Positions 13,408-23,592 of a DNA stretch of 40,326 bases are shown here, in pieces (position 1 is the stretch's first letter; each line of letters opens with the position of its first letter). The stretch comes from a virus. A program made the translations under genes and the position numbers. The notes below the pieces were generated by a model. The model was not told the origin of the DNA. It made no database searches and saw nothing but the letters and a program-made list of their open reading frames with translations. The DNA is taken from the IMG/VR virus record IMGVR_UViG_3300019458_000017, positions 1 through 40,326 of that record; one strand, given 5' to 3'.

Positions 13408-15415
13408 GATCGCTGGCAATAGCCATGCCCCGCGTCAACGCCCCGCCGCTCACCCGCCACGCGATTCCTGGCGCGATGTCGATGAAGGTCCGCAGAGATG
13501 CCTTCTGCGCCTTCTCTCCGGCGCTCTTGACCGCACGTTCGATCACCTCCTCGACGGGCTCCTCCGGCTTGACCTTCATGGCTTCTTGAATCGCGTTCGG
13601 AATCTCGATCGGAGTCGTGCCGAATTCGCGGCGCACCTCCTGCAAGCGTGCGAGCTCGGTCTTACGGATGGCGCTCTGCACCGACTGTTCGAGCGATTCT
13701 CCGGCTTCGCGGCCAAGTTGGACGGCGCGTTCGAAGTAGTCGGCCCAAGCCTGCGAAGCGGCGCCGTGACGTTTGCCCCAGATGTTCTGGACGATTTCGT
13801 CAGACTCGCGCCATGTGATAACTTTTTTTGCGGCGAGTTGGCGTGCCCTCGAAGCCTGCTGCGCGGCCTCCTGGCTGATCTCGTGCACCCGCTTCGCCGC
13901 CGATGCGCCGAGTTCTCCCTGTTCCTTGAAGATGTCGCCCGTGCCGCGAAACGCCTTGCCAAGAAGGCCCGGTTCCGCGACGCCCTCGGCGGCCCTTTCG
14001 GCCGTCTTTGCGGCCATTGGGATCGCCCTTGAGACGAATGGGGCGGCCGGCGATGGCTCCGGCGTTGGCGCCTTTCCAGCCGGGACTCCGGTCTCAGCCT
14101 CTTTGGCTGCTCTCTGCTTCTGAGAGAGGCGGTAGAGCCCGGCGCGAGATCGCGTCTCTAGGCCCTTCTCGCTCATGGCATCCGCCTCGCGGGCGAGCTG
14201 ATCGATGGTTCGTTGGCGATTCACGATCTGATCTCTGATGGCAGCCTTGGCAGCATCGTCCTCTGTTTCGGCCGCCTGGCGCCTCAATTCACGGATGGCG
14301 CGTCCGTGCTCCTTGATATCTGCGCGGATCCTGGATGCTTCCTTCCCGAACTCGGCGGCTTGTACGGTCTGTCCCTGCAAGGTCGCCGCCTCTTCGGTGG
14401 ACCGCATTTTTCCGGCCGCCCTGGCGGCCTCCCTGGCGGCGCGCTCGGCGGCATCCTCTTCGAAGAGTTTCTTGATAAGCTGCTCGCGCTCGGTTTGCTT
14501 CGCCGCTCTGGCCGCTTGAACCTCGGCTTCCTGGGCCGCCTCCTGGGCCGCTCGTCCGCTGATGCGCTCCAGCCTCGATTTCGTCCCGCGCCGTATCTGC
14601 TCCTCGACCAGATACGGCCACTTAAGCGGATTCGGCTCGGCTGCCCGCCCGGCCGTTCTGCCAAGAGCCTCCGAGGCCCCGCGATAAGCCTTCCCGAGAA
14701 GTCCGAACGCACCGCCAACGACAGCGCCCGTCGCGCCACGCGCTCCGACAGCCCCCACGTCCCGGCCGATCGTGGGCCCTCCGCCCTCCTGGATGATGCC
14801 GCCGGAGCCCATCGTCCGTTGGGCGAGGCGCGGAAGCGCGGCATCGAAGGCCGACATCCCGGCGCCCTGAGCCGCATAGCCTTGTGGGCTTGTCGGCACC
14901 TTACGCGTCAGCATGGCGCTCAGAATTTCCGGGGTGATATCAGTGACATCTCGCCAGAACTCCGCGCCAAATGGATTCAGCCTGCCCAGACTCGGCGCCG
15001 GATCGATAACGCGCCATGGCTCGCCGGACCCCTTCGGGCGCACGGCGAATTCTCCGCGTGAGTTTATCTCGGCATCGTATTGCCTGGTCTTCTGAAACGG
15101 GACCGGGCCGATGATGCCCGTCACTTTCTCAAACGGCGTCTTGGAGCCGGCCGGCAGCGACATTCCAGGCGGAGCCCGGAGCCATGCAAGGCGTTCCTCT
15201 GGGGTGGCTTGCTCGTAGAATTTGAAGAGGCCCCGCTCGTTGGCCGTGAGTCCGCTTTCCTGTAGGGGATTTTCCGGAGACGACCCTGGCTTGCCGGGCA
15301 GAACCGTCGGGGATCCGACCGCAGGAGCGCGATCGCTGGGAATCGTCTTTTTCTCCGGGATGAACTGAATCCCGGCGGCCCGAGGCTTCTTCTCTGGGAT
15401 GAATTCAATCGGCAT
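13175..15415 (-). CDS. Large coiled-coil/Ala-Glu-Arg-rich virion protein (746 aa), internal/ejection-protein-like
   Basis: Last gene of the leftward arm, with long helical low-complexity stretches. The N-terminus has a short duplication (EFIPEKK / QFIPEKK). Confidence 0.6.
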   Translation of the reverse strand: MPIEFIPEKKPRAAGIQFIPEKKTIPSDRAPAVGSPTVLPGKPGSSPENPLQESGLTANERGLFKFYEQATPEERLAWLRAPPGMSLPAGSKTPFEKVTGIIGPVPFQKTRQYDAEINSRGEFAVRPKGSGEPWRVIDPAPSLGRLNPFGAEFWRDVTDITPEILSAMLTRKVPTSPQGYAAQGAGMSAFDAALPRLAQRTMGSGGIIQEGGGPTIGRDVGAVGARGATGAVVGGAFGLLGKAYRGASEALGRTAGRAAEPNPLKWPYLVEEQIRRGTKSRLERISGRAAQEAAQEAEVQAARAAKQTEREQLIKKLFEEDAAERAAREAARAAGKMRSTEEAATLQGQTVQAAEFGKEASRIRADIKEHGRAIRELRRQAAETEDDAAKAAIRDQIVNRQRTIDQLAREADAMSEKGLETRSRAGLYRLSQKQRAAKEAETGVPAGKAPTPEPSPAAPFVSRAIPMAAKTAERAAEGVAEPGLLGKAFRGTGDIFKEQGELGASAAKRVHEISQEAAQQASRARQLAAKKVITWRESDEIVQNIWGKRHGAASQAWADYFERAVQLGREAGESLEQSVQSAIRKTELARLQEVRREFGTTPIEIPNAIQEAMKVKPEEPVEEVIERAVKSAGEKAQKASLRTFIDIAPGIAWRVSGGALTRGMAIASDLIENPPKWMLVYNRAPPRVRQILAPVTSLLQAGKTEDARRVLSNLIQIEGVRSYLESGATGEERNIHRSPQTASERR

Positions 15416-17043
15416 CAGTCTCTCCTGTAGCCGTCCCTCTCGGCCTCAGGTCCCCAGTCGGTTTCTCTGATCTTCCCCCACTCCCCATCTTTGTTGCGTA
15501 CCCAAATCCAGCCCGGGGGCGGAGCATAGTCGGGCCTGCCTGAAGCGGCAGACTCGGATGGCCCAGCCCCGGCGGCCGGCTGCGCGGCTTGGATGCCGAG
15601 GACCTTCGACATGATCTCATCTTCAGTGAGTCCGAATCGCCCGGCATGGCGAGTGGCCACCCTCTGGCCGGCCAGTCGAATGGCCTCCTCGGCCGAGTCG
15701 ATGTAGCTTTGCATGAGGTCTTGAATCTGCTTCTTCAGTTCCGGCGTTTGCTCGCCATGCACCCAACGTTGATAGAAGTCGGCGATGCGGTCGACGAGCG
15801 CCTGCCGGTGTTCGAATGGCGCCTTGTCGGCGTCGTTGAGTGCGCCGACCTCTCCGGACGCTCTGGCGGCCTTGATGCTGGCGGCAAACTGGCCCATCGC
15901 GTTGATGTTGGACGCGTTCACGGCCGCGCGAGCCGCGTTGATCATCTCCCGGTCCTTCTTGACCAGTCGATCGAAGTCATCGCCTATCTTCGCCCTGGCG
16001 GCGCCAACTAGGCGTTCTTCGCGTCCCTCCCGGCCCTCGAGGCCCTGCTCGGCGAGGTCGACTTCTCGTTCTCGCAGCGCGAGATTTCGCTCGGCTATTC
16101 CGGATCGAAGAGCGAAGTTCCTGTCTTCGGCTCCGGATCGCAGCATCGGCATCATCTGCTGCAGTTGCGTGAAGGTCACGTCGTCCGGCAATTCGTAGCC
16201 TTTCGCGCGTATGGCCTTCACGAATGTTTTAGGCACACGATCTCTCTCGAGCTTGATGTCCTCTTCCAACTGAGAGACACGCGGGCGAAGCGGGGGAGCC
16301 GCGCCGGCACGCATCCAGGCCGCGTTGACGATCCCGCTGCCAACGTCTTCGCCTGCTTGAGCCAGAGCACGGAAGCCTTCCAGCTTTCGTATGCGATCGC
16401 GCCGTCTCTGATCTTCGTTAGAGGCTTCATCAACATCGAGGTCCCGTTGCTCTGGCGAGTCCGGGATTGCGGATAGTGGGGCCGGGATCCCGGATTCCGG
16501 GCTCCACGGCATGGGCGGCATATTTGGAGCCAGCTCGGCGCGTGCCGCCGTCACCTCTGCGGATGGCGTGGATCCTCCGTATCCGACATCCTGCCGGGCC
16601 TGTATGGTCTCTGGCGATGGGCCGGATGGAAACCTTGGGCCCGCTGCCGGGGGCATCGGCGGCGGCACGTCCCGAAACGGCATCGGGAGGATGCTTGGCC
16701 TCGGCCGCGATGGAATTATGCCTGGAAATGGCGGCAATGGCGGCCGCTCGCCCGGGACGCCTGGCGGCGGCGGCACGTCCCGAAACGGCATCGGCAAGAC
16801 TCTCGGCCGCGAATTCATGAGGTTCAAGAGCCGCTCCGGAGGTAGTGGCGTTTGCTCGCCCGGGACGCCTGGCGGCGGCGGCACGTCCCGAAACGGCATC
16901 GGCAAGACTCTCGGCCGCGATGGAATTATGCCTGGAAATGGCGGCAATGGCGGCCGCTCGCCGGGTATTCCGGGCGCCGGCGGGCCAACGCGGAGGAGCT
17001 CCTTCAGCCGTTCGATCTCTTCGGGGTCAATTACATCTGGCAT
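15415..17043 (-). CDS. Proline-rich-repeat virion protein (542 aa from ATG 17043)
   Basis: GGAGG lies 5 nt upstream of ATG 17043, which is 1 nt after the upstream stop. The track ORF extends to 17130. Its stop overlaps the next ATG. Confidence 0.65.
   Translation of the reverse strand: MPDVIDPEEIERLKELLRVGPPAPGIPGERPPLPPFPGIIPSRPRVLPMPFRDVPPPPGVPGEQTPLPPERLLNLMNSRPRVLPMPFRDVPPPPGVPGERPPLPPFPGIIPSRPRPSILPMPFRDVPPPMPPAAGPRFPSGPSPETIQARQDVGYGGSTPSAEVTAARAELAPNMPPMPWSPESGIPAPLSAIPDSPEQRDLDVDEASNEDQRRRDRIRKLEGFRALAQAGEDVGSGIVNAAWMRAGAAPPLRPRVSQLEEDIKLERDRVPKTFVKAIRAKGYELPDDVTFTQLQQMMPMLRSGAEDRNFALRSGIAERNLALREREVDLAEQGLEGREGREERLVGAARAKIGDDFDRLVKKDREMINAARAAVNASNINAMGQFAASIKAARASGEVGALNDADKAPFEHRQALVDRIADFYQRWVHGEQTPELKKQIQDLMQSYIDSAEEAIRLAGQRVATRHAGRFGLTEDEIMSKVLGIQAAQPAAGAGPSESAASGRPDYAPPPGWIWVRNKDGEWGKIRETDWGPEAERDGYRRD
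16654..16971 (-). repeat. Three tandem in-frame repeats (102-108 nt; 34-36 aa, GVPGE(R/Q)xPLPP...SRPRVLPMPFRDVPPPP)
   Basis: Identical 53-nt blocks occur at 16700-16752 and 16910-16962. A second long identical block occurs at about 16747-16812 and 16855-16920. Confidence 0.9.
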
Positions 17044-17044
17044 G

Positions 17045-18016
17045 TCATCCTCCGAGTCCGAATCCGCCGAAACTTGACGCGGAGTCCCCGATTCCGCCGA
17101 TGCCTCGGCCAAGTGATGATGCGATGGCAATTTTCTCCGCGCGCTTTCTCTCTTCCAGGCCGGCCCGTTGGCTCAATGCGTCGGTTAGCCCGCGCGTCTT
17201 CGCGAGCCGCTGATTGAAGCCGGTGTTCAAGAGTTCGTTCTTCCGATTCAGATTCTCCAACGCGGTCTCGTACCGCGCGATCGCGTTGGCTTCTCCGACT
17301 CTCTGGCGGGTGCCGATGTTGTAGCCCTGAGCGCGCTCCCGGGCCCCCGCTCCATACTGCGCCGCGCCGGTCTTGAGTTGAGAGGCAAGCTCATTGAAGC
17401 GATTCATCGCGGCCGCATTTTTGGCCGCAACGTCTATGTCGGCTCCGCGGATTCTGCTGCCAAGCCCAGAGGCGGCCTCTGCTCCTGTGACGCGGTTTGC
17501 GATCCGCATGGCCGACGTGTCGCGCGCCATTCGCGCGGCCAAGTCCTGCGCGCCCTGATTGGCGCCCAGGCGAGCCGAGATCTCATCGCCGATGGACAAT
17601 CGGCCACGGGATGCCAGGTCTCTGAGAACGTCCTCCTGCGCGGAACGATACTCGCGGCCGAGCGCGCCTTGAACGTCTTCGGTAGCGAGCCGATCGGCGA
17701 GCGGGAGACCCTCTTCGGCGATTCGCTCGAAACGGGACAACCCGCGCAATTCCGCCTCGCGGCCACCCGGCGCGACCTGAAGCATCTCCGGCTGCCCAAC
17801 GATGACGGCCTGATATTGCTCCGGGAACGCCTGGGCTAAGATCTCTCTTTCCGGAGCCGAGAGCGCCGACATATCGAAGTTGGACTCTTCCAGCTTCCGC
17901 CAGATGTTGACTGCCTCGCGGAGGTACTTCGTGCCGCCTCCTCCGGCCATGAGCAGTCCTATTCCGGCTCCGATCCCGCCGCCTAGGTTTGCAAATCCGC
18001 CGCCTCCTTCTGCCAT
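17045..18016 (-). CDS. Virion protein with Gly-rich termini (323 aa)
   Basis: ORF track entry with the termini MAEGGGGFANLGGGIGAGIG... and ...SSFGGFGLGG. Lies within the run of large late proteins. Confidence 0.65.
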   Translation of the reverse strand: MAEGGGGFANLGGGIGAGIGLLMAGGGGTKYLREAVNIWRKLEESNFDMSALSAPEREILAQAFPEQYQAVIVGQPEMLQVAPGGREAELRGLSRFERIAEEGLPLADRLATEDVQGALGREYRSAQEDVLRDLASRGRLSIGDEISARLGANQGAQDLAARMARDTSAMRIANRVTGAEAASGLGSRIRGADIDVAAKNAAAMNRFNELASQLKTGAAQYGAGARERAQGYNIGTRQRVGEANAIARYETALENLNRKNELLNTGFNQRLAKTRGLTDALSQRAGLEERKRAEKIAIASSLGRGIGGIGDSASSFGGFGLGG

Positions 18017-18024
18017 GAATCACC

Positions 18025-19788
18025 TCAGAAAATGTCGGCCGCTATCCGTCCGGAAGTCCCCTCGGCCCTTGAACTCTGTTTGGGCGCCAGCTCGGGCAGT
18101 CCAAGCGTGAGCACATCGGCCGTGATCTGGGCCACCTTCTTCCAGTGCCCGGCCTTCTTGGCCTTCTCGAACTTCTTTCTAGCCTTCTTGATGCCCTGAA
18201 GATCCTCGTCCCTGGCGGTTCCCAGCGCCGCCGTGCGTTCCTGGATCTGCCGCTCGATCTCGGCCAGGTAGAGATCTATTTCGCCGACGATCTTCGGCCG
18301 CTCTCGCGGATCCGCTTCGGCGATCGTGTCGGCAAGACCAAGGATCTCCGATGCCCGGTTATAGGCCTGGCGCTGCTCCGGCGTGGCGACGGTCTCGCGC
18401 GAGATCCCTGTGCCCTCGCTGATCCCAACATAGGGCCGGAGGTCACCTGGCTCAAGTCGTCCTATGCCGCCTCCGTAGTAGAGGGGGTCGTAAACGGCAT
18501 GTTCCCCGAAGTCCTCTTTCAGGACGCCTTTACCTCCGATTCTAGCCCGGTTGACGCCAGGCGAGAAGCCGGCGGCCTCAAAGGCTGCGTTTCGTTCCAT
18601 CGCTCGTTTTCGAAGCAGGTCCATGTCGGCGGTGGTGTAGTTCCCCTTATTGGCGTCGAACCACTCCTTCGGAAAGCCGATTGCGGCCTTCCCGCGGCTC
18701 GTAACCTGTGGCTCTAGGAATGGGATCTCGGCTATATCGGCAAACTGGGCTTCGAGTTCCGCACGTTTGTCTCTGGCAGCCTTAATGCTCTGGATCCGTG
18801 GATCGGCGGCCACCGTCTCGCCCTCTTCGCCTGGCAACGCCACCAAGTCGGCCAGCTTGCCGGATGCCCGGAAGGTCTCCAGTAGGTTTCGAAGCGCGTC
18901 ATCGTACTCCTCTTCCTCGCTAAGGCGGCCCTGAATGCCAGTAAGCGCCTCTCTCTGCCTCGCCTCTGCGAACTGACGGGACTGCGCGGCTATGTCAGCC
19001 TCTTCGGCTTCGCGCGCGCTGGCAAGGCCGCCGGCGGCCTTCTCGGCGCCCACGATCTCGGCCTGGAGCCGGCCTATGTCCGCTTGGAATCCGGCGGCGG
19101 CTTGGCGATACAAAGGATCCTGGAGGATCTCCCGGGCCTCGGTACGGTACTCGCCCGGTGTCAATCCAGGCGATCTCGTGCGGAGGAGGTCTTCGGCTCC
19201 GGTCCCGGTCAGAAAAGACCTTCCGCGGACGCCGAGCTCCTCGGCTTCTCCGCGTGCTATCGCGAGGGCGCCTGGATCGAGCGCCCGCGGGCCCGAGTAC
19301 TGCGCGCGGATGAGGCTCTGCGCGTCTGAAACGTCCCTCGGAGCCGCTTCGCGGCTGAAGGCGCGCTCGAGAAGCCCTGTTCCGCCGATGCCCTCGAAGG
19401 ACCGCCTTTGGCCGGCGGCGGCACTGAAGCGTCCGGCCTCCTGGGCTATCCCGGAGAAGCCGCGCTGGAGGCCCTGAGAGACTGGCGCGAAGAGTCCGGA
19501 ATACGGCGTCTCTCTGGCGGCATAGCCGCGCAGCGAAAAGGCCGGAGATGGAGCCGCCGGGGCGGCTGTTTCCCTCTGGACCTGAGCCGGAGCCAGGCTC
19601 GGAGCCGGCGTGGTCGTCTGCGCGCTGGGCTGCTCGGTTGGCGCGGATGGCGCCGCTGCTTGCGGCTGAGCCGTGGCCGCCGGGGATGGCGAGGCAGAGA
19701 CGCCGTAGAACCGTTCGAGTCCAGGGCTTCCAACCGGCTGAGCCATCAGCTCCGCGAAGTCCCGTTCGGTCTGATATTCCTGTGCCAT
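18025..19788 (-). CDS. Large virion protein (587 aa), unknown function
   Basis: ORF track entry. It abuts the upstream stop (TGAATG) and has an Ala/Pro/Gln-rich N-terminus. Confidence 0.65.
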   Translation of the reverse strand: MAQEYQTERDFAELMAQPVGSPGLERFYGVSASPSPAATAQPQAAAPSAPTEQPSAQTTTPAPSLAPAQVQRETAAPAAPSPAFSLRGYAARETPYSGLFAPVSQGLQRGFSGIAQEAGRFSAAAGQRRSFEGIGGTGLLERAFSREAAPRDVSDAQSLIRAQYSGPRALDPGALAIARGEAEELGVRGRSFLTGTGAEDLLRTRSPGLTPGEYRTEAREILQDPLYRQAAAGFQADIGRLQAEIVGAEKAAGGLASAREAEEADIAAQSRQFAEARQREALTGIQGRLSEEEEYDDALRNLLETFRASGKLADLVALPGEEGETVAADPRIQSIKAARDKRAELEAQFADIAEIPFLEPQVTSRGKAAIGFPKEWFDANKGNYTTADMDLLRKRAMERNAAFEAAGFSPGVNRARIGGKGVLKEDFGEHAVYDPLYYGGGIGRLEPGDLRPYVGISEGTGISRETVATPEQRQAYNRASEILGLADTIAEADPRERPKIVGEIDLYLAEIERQIQERTAALGTARDEDLQGIKKARKKFEKAKKAGHWKKVAQITADVLTLGLPELAPKQSSRAEGTSGRIAADIF

Positions 19789-20169
19789 TCATCCCCCCCG
19801 GATCAGCATCCGGACGGTCACTTTTCCGGCCGGAGCCGAGTCAAAGAACAGCGCCATCTTAATCGACCTCTCATTCAAGACCTGCCATCGGCGGATTCGC
19901 GGCACCTCTCCGGCGCTCGAATAGTACGGGATGGCGCCGCGTGGGGGGCCCTTGAGCGTATTGAGGCCGATCGTGATGTCGGTGTCGTGCTGGCACTCGA
20001 ACTCACGGTCCTCGTCGTTGGAATTGACGCCGAGAACGAATCGATTCTGGAGCAGCTCGGTGATGTCCTTCAGTTGCTTTCCCTGGACGCGCATCGGGAC
20101 CTCCAGGGCCGGCGGGATGCCTGGAAATTGACTCCGCGTGGGGTGGACGTAGTTGCCTATGCGCTTCAT
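19789..20169 (-). CDS. Structural-module protein (126 aa)
   Basis: ORF track entry with an ATGA overlap to the upstream stop. Confidence 0.65.
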   Translation of the reverse strand: MKRIGNYVHPTRSQFPGIPPALEVPMRVQGKQLKDITELLQNRFVLGVNSNDEDREFECQHDTDITIGLNTLKGPPRGAIPYYSSAGEVPRIRRWQVLNERSIKMALFFDSAPAGKVTVRMLIRGG

Positions 20170-23100
20170 CGCTGCGCCCTGGTCGTCGCCGAGCTGATCG
20201 GGTTGTAGTCGATGGCCAACTGGAGGATGTTGACCGCCTCAAGCGCCCACTTGTGGCGGTACATCGGGCGAATGGTCTCACAACGCCGATGCGCCTTCGG
20301 CACGCCGGCCCGAACTGGAATCGAGTGGCTGGGCAGCGGATCTCCCCAAATGGCTCCCCAGTCCGAGCCCCACCCGCTTCCGCGCGGGTGATCGATTCTG
20401 GGCGACCACGCTTCGATGCCGATCGAGTTCGAGATCCAGCCGAGATAATGGTGCTTCGCCGACGTGTCCTCCATGTAGACCTGGGTTTGCGTGAACTCCT
20501 TCTTGATGCCGACGTTTCCGGCGGCTTCGTCAACCCACTCGATTCGCATCTCGATCGGAATCGACAGAAAGGCCGCGCCGGCGATGAGCGGGATCTCGCG
20601 ATCGAGTGTGACGGAATAGTTGCCGCCGCCGAGATTCGTGACGATCTGGGCCACGCCGCGATGCGGATCCTGGGTGAGGAGCCATCCCTCGGTGAGCGGC
20701 TCCGAATAGGAGTACGCCACGGTAACCTTGGAGTAGGTCTGTCCGGAGATGATCACCGTCGTCGGCGACGAAAGAGTTACCGCGATGTCTTCGTCAACCA
20801 GGTCGTTCGAGGAGAAGTCCTTTCGCTCCTTGAGCACGAAGGCATCCTTCGAGTGCCCGAGGTAGAGGCGATCGTCTTTTGGGTCCGGACCCTGGATGAT
20901 GATCCCGGTCGATACCGACTTCTCCCACGGACCAGACCACTCGTTCAGCCGCACGTCGTAAACCCATGCCAGCTCGGCATGCCCGCTGGTGGAGATGTCC
21001 GGGACGAAGAGGAGGTATTTGAGATCGCTCTCGTATGGCACGGAGAAGACGGATGCGCCGAAGTTCGAGAGTCGTCGCACGGCGTCAAGAAGGTCTCGGA
21101 TGTCCTGAGAGATGAGCGCGTAGCCGGCCGAGGACACGCGCGCGAGCCCCTGACGGAACCAGCCGATGGCCACGTTGTCGATGGAGAAGAATGTGTCTGG
21201 GTGAATCAAGATCAGGGTGGTGTCTACTTCGCGGACTACGAACGAGCGGCCGGACGCCTTGTCGGTCTCTCCGGAGACTTCGTACATCCCGGCCTTTGTG
21301 GCTATCAAGAGCGATTCTTTTGTTGCCACCATGCCGAGAATCTCGAATCCTGGCTTTCCGATGTCTAACTCGTTTAGCCTCGGCATTGATTCGTACTTCT
21401 GAAACTTAGATGGCGCGATCTTGTGCGATCCGGCGGAATTGCTTGAGATGATGGAGGTTCCCGAGGCCGGAATCACGGGCGAGAACTTCGGCCCGGCCGC
21501 CGCCGTGGCGTTCAAGTGGAATGCGTTGTCGATGAGGTCTCGGCGTTCGATGAGGATCTTGCCGGCCGGCTCGTCAACGGCGCTGACGTAGAAGGCGTTG
21601 ACCGGAGAGCCGGCGTCTCTGTTAATGATCTTCGTTAAGCTTTGCGCCGTCTTTCGCACCGCCACGGCGCTCGTGCCTTCAGCGGCCTTCGTGTGCCGGC
21701 GGAACTTCTTCAGCGCGACATCCTCGGCCGTCGAGAAGGTGTAGGTGCGAGATGCCGCACCTACGGAGATCGTGATCGAGTCCACATCGTCGGTAATGCC
21801 CTCTATGCTTGTAAGCCGGATCTCGCGTTGATGCTCGCGGTAGATCCAGCCGAGCCAGGCGTGTCCCTGCCACGGAACAACGAATCGAGCGAACGGCGGG
21901 CGATCGTTCTGCTGGAGTATTCCCTCGCCGGTCCCTTCGTTCGTGTAGAGATTGATCCCGCGGAAACTGTCGTCGTAAGTGTCCAGGAAGGTGACGAATC
22001 CGTTCGAGACATCGGTCGAGCCGATGTCGTTTCGGATGATCAGCTTGCCGTCGTCGAGCGGCACATCGGCCGCCTGCGCGCTTCGCGTGGTGCGATAAAC
22101 CTCGTACCACATTCCGGCCGTCACGTCGGCCGGTAGCGTTGCCGTCAGCGTGACATCGGAAGCCTTGCCGGCGAACGCCGTGGCCGTCGGATTCACCGGA
22201 GCGATGGAGATCGAGTAGGTGTAAGTGTTCGCATTCACCACGGTGATCGTGTGCGCGCCCTGGATATAGTCCGCCTGCGAAGGATTGATGATCTCGATGG
22301 TGTCTCCGGTGGAGAACCCGTGCGCGGCGTGGGTCACGGTAATGTCCGGGTAGGCCAGGAATGCCAGAGAGACCGATGCCGCCGTGTTGGTCACGGTGGC
22401 GAGAAAGCTCGGCGCGCCCGGAGGAAGCTCATCGCGGCCGAAGACGATTCGATAGCCGACCTGCCCATCGGGCTCGAACCAGGATCCGCCGGCGCCGGAG
22501 AGCGCCAGTTGCACATCGAGCCCCCTCGGAATCCCGGAACGCCTCGGCGTGTCCGTGGGGCTCGACTGGATCATCATCCCCATGTCGGTGAGAAAGTAGA
22601 ATTTCTCGTCTATCTCGGATCCCCTCATGCGGACGCCGGGCGGAGGCGAGTATGTGCCGGGCCAGGATGCCAGAGTGCCGAGTCCATCGGAATCGTATTT
22701 GAGCGTCGTTCCGTCGAGGACCACCAAACGGAAAAGATACTGAAAGAGCTGGCTCGGCGCCGCGGTGGCGAGTGCGGCGTTACGAGCCAGCCCGCGACGC
22801 GAAGAAATCACGTTGTCTCTGTCGATGACCGAGTTTCGCGCAAAGAGGAGAGACCCCTCGGGGGCCGTCAGGCGGTTCCGCCACGTCTGGAGGCCCCTCG
22901 CACGCCGAATGAGCGTCTGCTGGCCCGCCATGATGCCTATCCGCACCAACGCGGTAGTGACCTCGACTTCCGGGACGACGATCGGAACCGATTCATCGAC
23001 GAACCAAGATGCGCGGTCCTCTCGATGCCAGCCGCGCATCTTTCGCGTTGACGCGCTCGGAAACCACGTATCGGCTCCGGGCACGACCACCGGCGCCGGA

Positions 23101-23591
23101 ACCCGCGGATCGTGCGATTCCGTGCGGTTGCGCCAGGTCGGCTTTCGTTTCCACTCCCATTCAGGAATCCAGGCATCCAAGGCCGGAGCGTGTCGGCCCG
23201 GATCCCATGAACTCGGATCGGATCTGCGGGACCTACCATCCCGCATTCGCCGAAGCGGGGGCTCGCTGATGGTCCAGCCATCCAATGGCGGAGCCCCGGC
23301 GGCCGCGGGGGCAAATGGAAACCACGATTCGTTATCCGGTTGCCGTCCTCTCCGATCGCTTGTCCTTGGAGATGCCGGTCCGCCGGGCAGCCAGGAATCG
23401 AGAGCGGGAGCCGGAGCCGCGGCCGGCGCGAACGGATACCAGGATTCATTGTCCGGTTGTCTTTGGCGCCGCTCGCTAGTTCGTGCGAGCGGAGGCCCGC
23501 TCGGCAGCCACGAATCGAGGGCTGGCACCGGCGCGGCCGCCGGCGCGAAGACCTCCGAGACGGCCGGATAGAGCCTCCTACGGATCCGCAT
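20166..23591 (-). CDS. Large beta-rich tail protein (1141 aa), nozzle/tubular-B-like or spike (tentative)
   Basis: Longest ORF in the window. Has an N-terminal repeat array followed by about 950 aa of beta-rich sequence. The role is inferred from size and position only. Confidence 0.6.
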   Translation of the reverse strand: MRIRRRLYPAVSEVFAPAAAPVPALDSWLPSGPPLARTSERRQRQPDNESWYPFAPAAAPAPALDSWLPGGPASPRTSDRRGRQPDNESWFPFAPAAAGAPPLDGWTISEPPLRRMRDGRSRRSDPSSWDPGRHAPALDAWIPEWEWKRKPTWRNRTESHDPRVPAPVVVPGADTWFPSASTRKMRGWHREDRASWFVDESVPIVVPEVEVTTALVRIGIMAGQQTLIRRARGLQTWRNRLTAPEGSLLFARNSVIDRDNVISSRRGLARNAALATAAPSQLFQYLFRLVVLDGTTLKYDSDGLGTLASWPGTYSPPPGVRMRGSEIDEKFYFLTDMGMMIQSSPTDTPRRSGIPRGLDVQLALSGAGGSWFEPDGQVGYRIVFGRDELPPGAPSFLATVTNTAASVSLAFLAYPDITVTHAAHGFSTGDTIEIINPSQADYIQGAHTITVVNANTYTYSISIAPVNPTATAFAGKASDVTLTATLPADVTAGMWYEVYRTTRSAQAADVPLDDGKLIIRNDIGSTDVSNGFVTFLDTYDDSFRGINLYTNEGTGEGILQQNDRPPFARFVVPWQGHAWLGWIYREHQREIRLTSIEGITDDVDSITISVGAASRTYTFSTAEDVALKKFRRHTKAAEGTSAVAVRKTAQSLTKIINRDAGSPVNAFYVSAVDEPAGKILIERRDLIDNAFHLNATAAAGPKFSPVIPASGTSIISSNSAGSHKIAPSKFQKYESMPRLNELDIGKPGFEILGMVATKESLLIATKAGMYEVSGETDKASGRSFVVREVDTTLILIHPDTFFSIDNVAIGWFRQGLARVSSAGYALISQDIRDLLDAVRRLSNFGASVFSVPYESDLKYLLFVPDISTSGHAELAWVYDVRLNEWSGPWEKSVSTGIIIQGPDPKDDRLYLGHSKDAFVLKERKDFSSNDLVDEDIAVTLSSPTTVIISGQTYSKVTVAYSYSEPLTEGWLLTQDPHRGVAQIVTNLGGGNYSVTLDREIPLIAGAAFLSIPIEMRIEWVDEAAGNVGIKKEFTQTQVYMEDTSAKHHYLGWISNSIGIEAWSPRIDHPRGSGWGSDWGAIWGDPLPSHSIPVRAGVPKAHRRCETIRPMYRHKWALEAVNILQLAIDYNPISSATTRAQR
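23150..23549 (-). repeat. In-frame 117-nt (39-aa) tandem repeats carrying the PALD(S/G/A)W motif
   Basis: FAPAAAP(V/A)PALDSWLP..RTS.RR.RQPDNESW.P occurs twice, followed by a diverged third copy and a fourth (HAPALDAWIPE). Confidence 0.85.
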
Positions 23592-23592
23592 C

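Noticed and set aside
13175-15415. The 746-aa helical protein considered as a tape-measure protein (implying a long tail).
   Set aside because: It is the last gene of the arm, with no tail tube, chaperone-frameshift pair or baseplate genes around it. It sits in a run of low-complexity large proteins more like internal or ejection proteins. This assignment is itself tentative.
16654-16971. Tandem repeats considered as a CRISPR array or non-coding satellite.
   Set aside because: The units are contiguous with no unique spacers. They are in frame and translate to a coherent proline-rich peptide repeat inside a long ORF.
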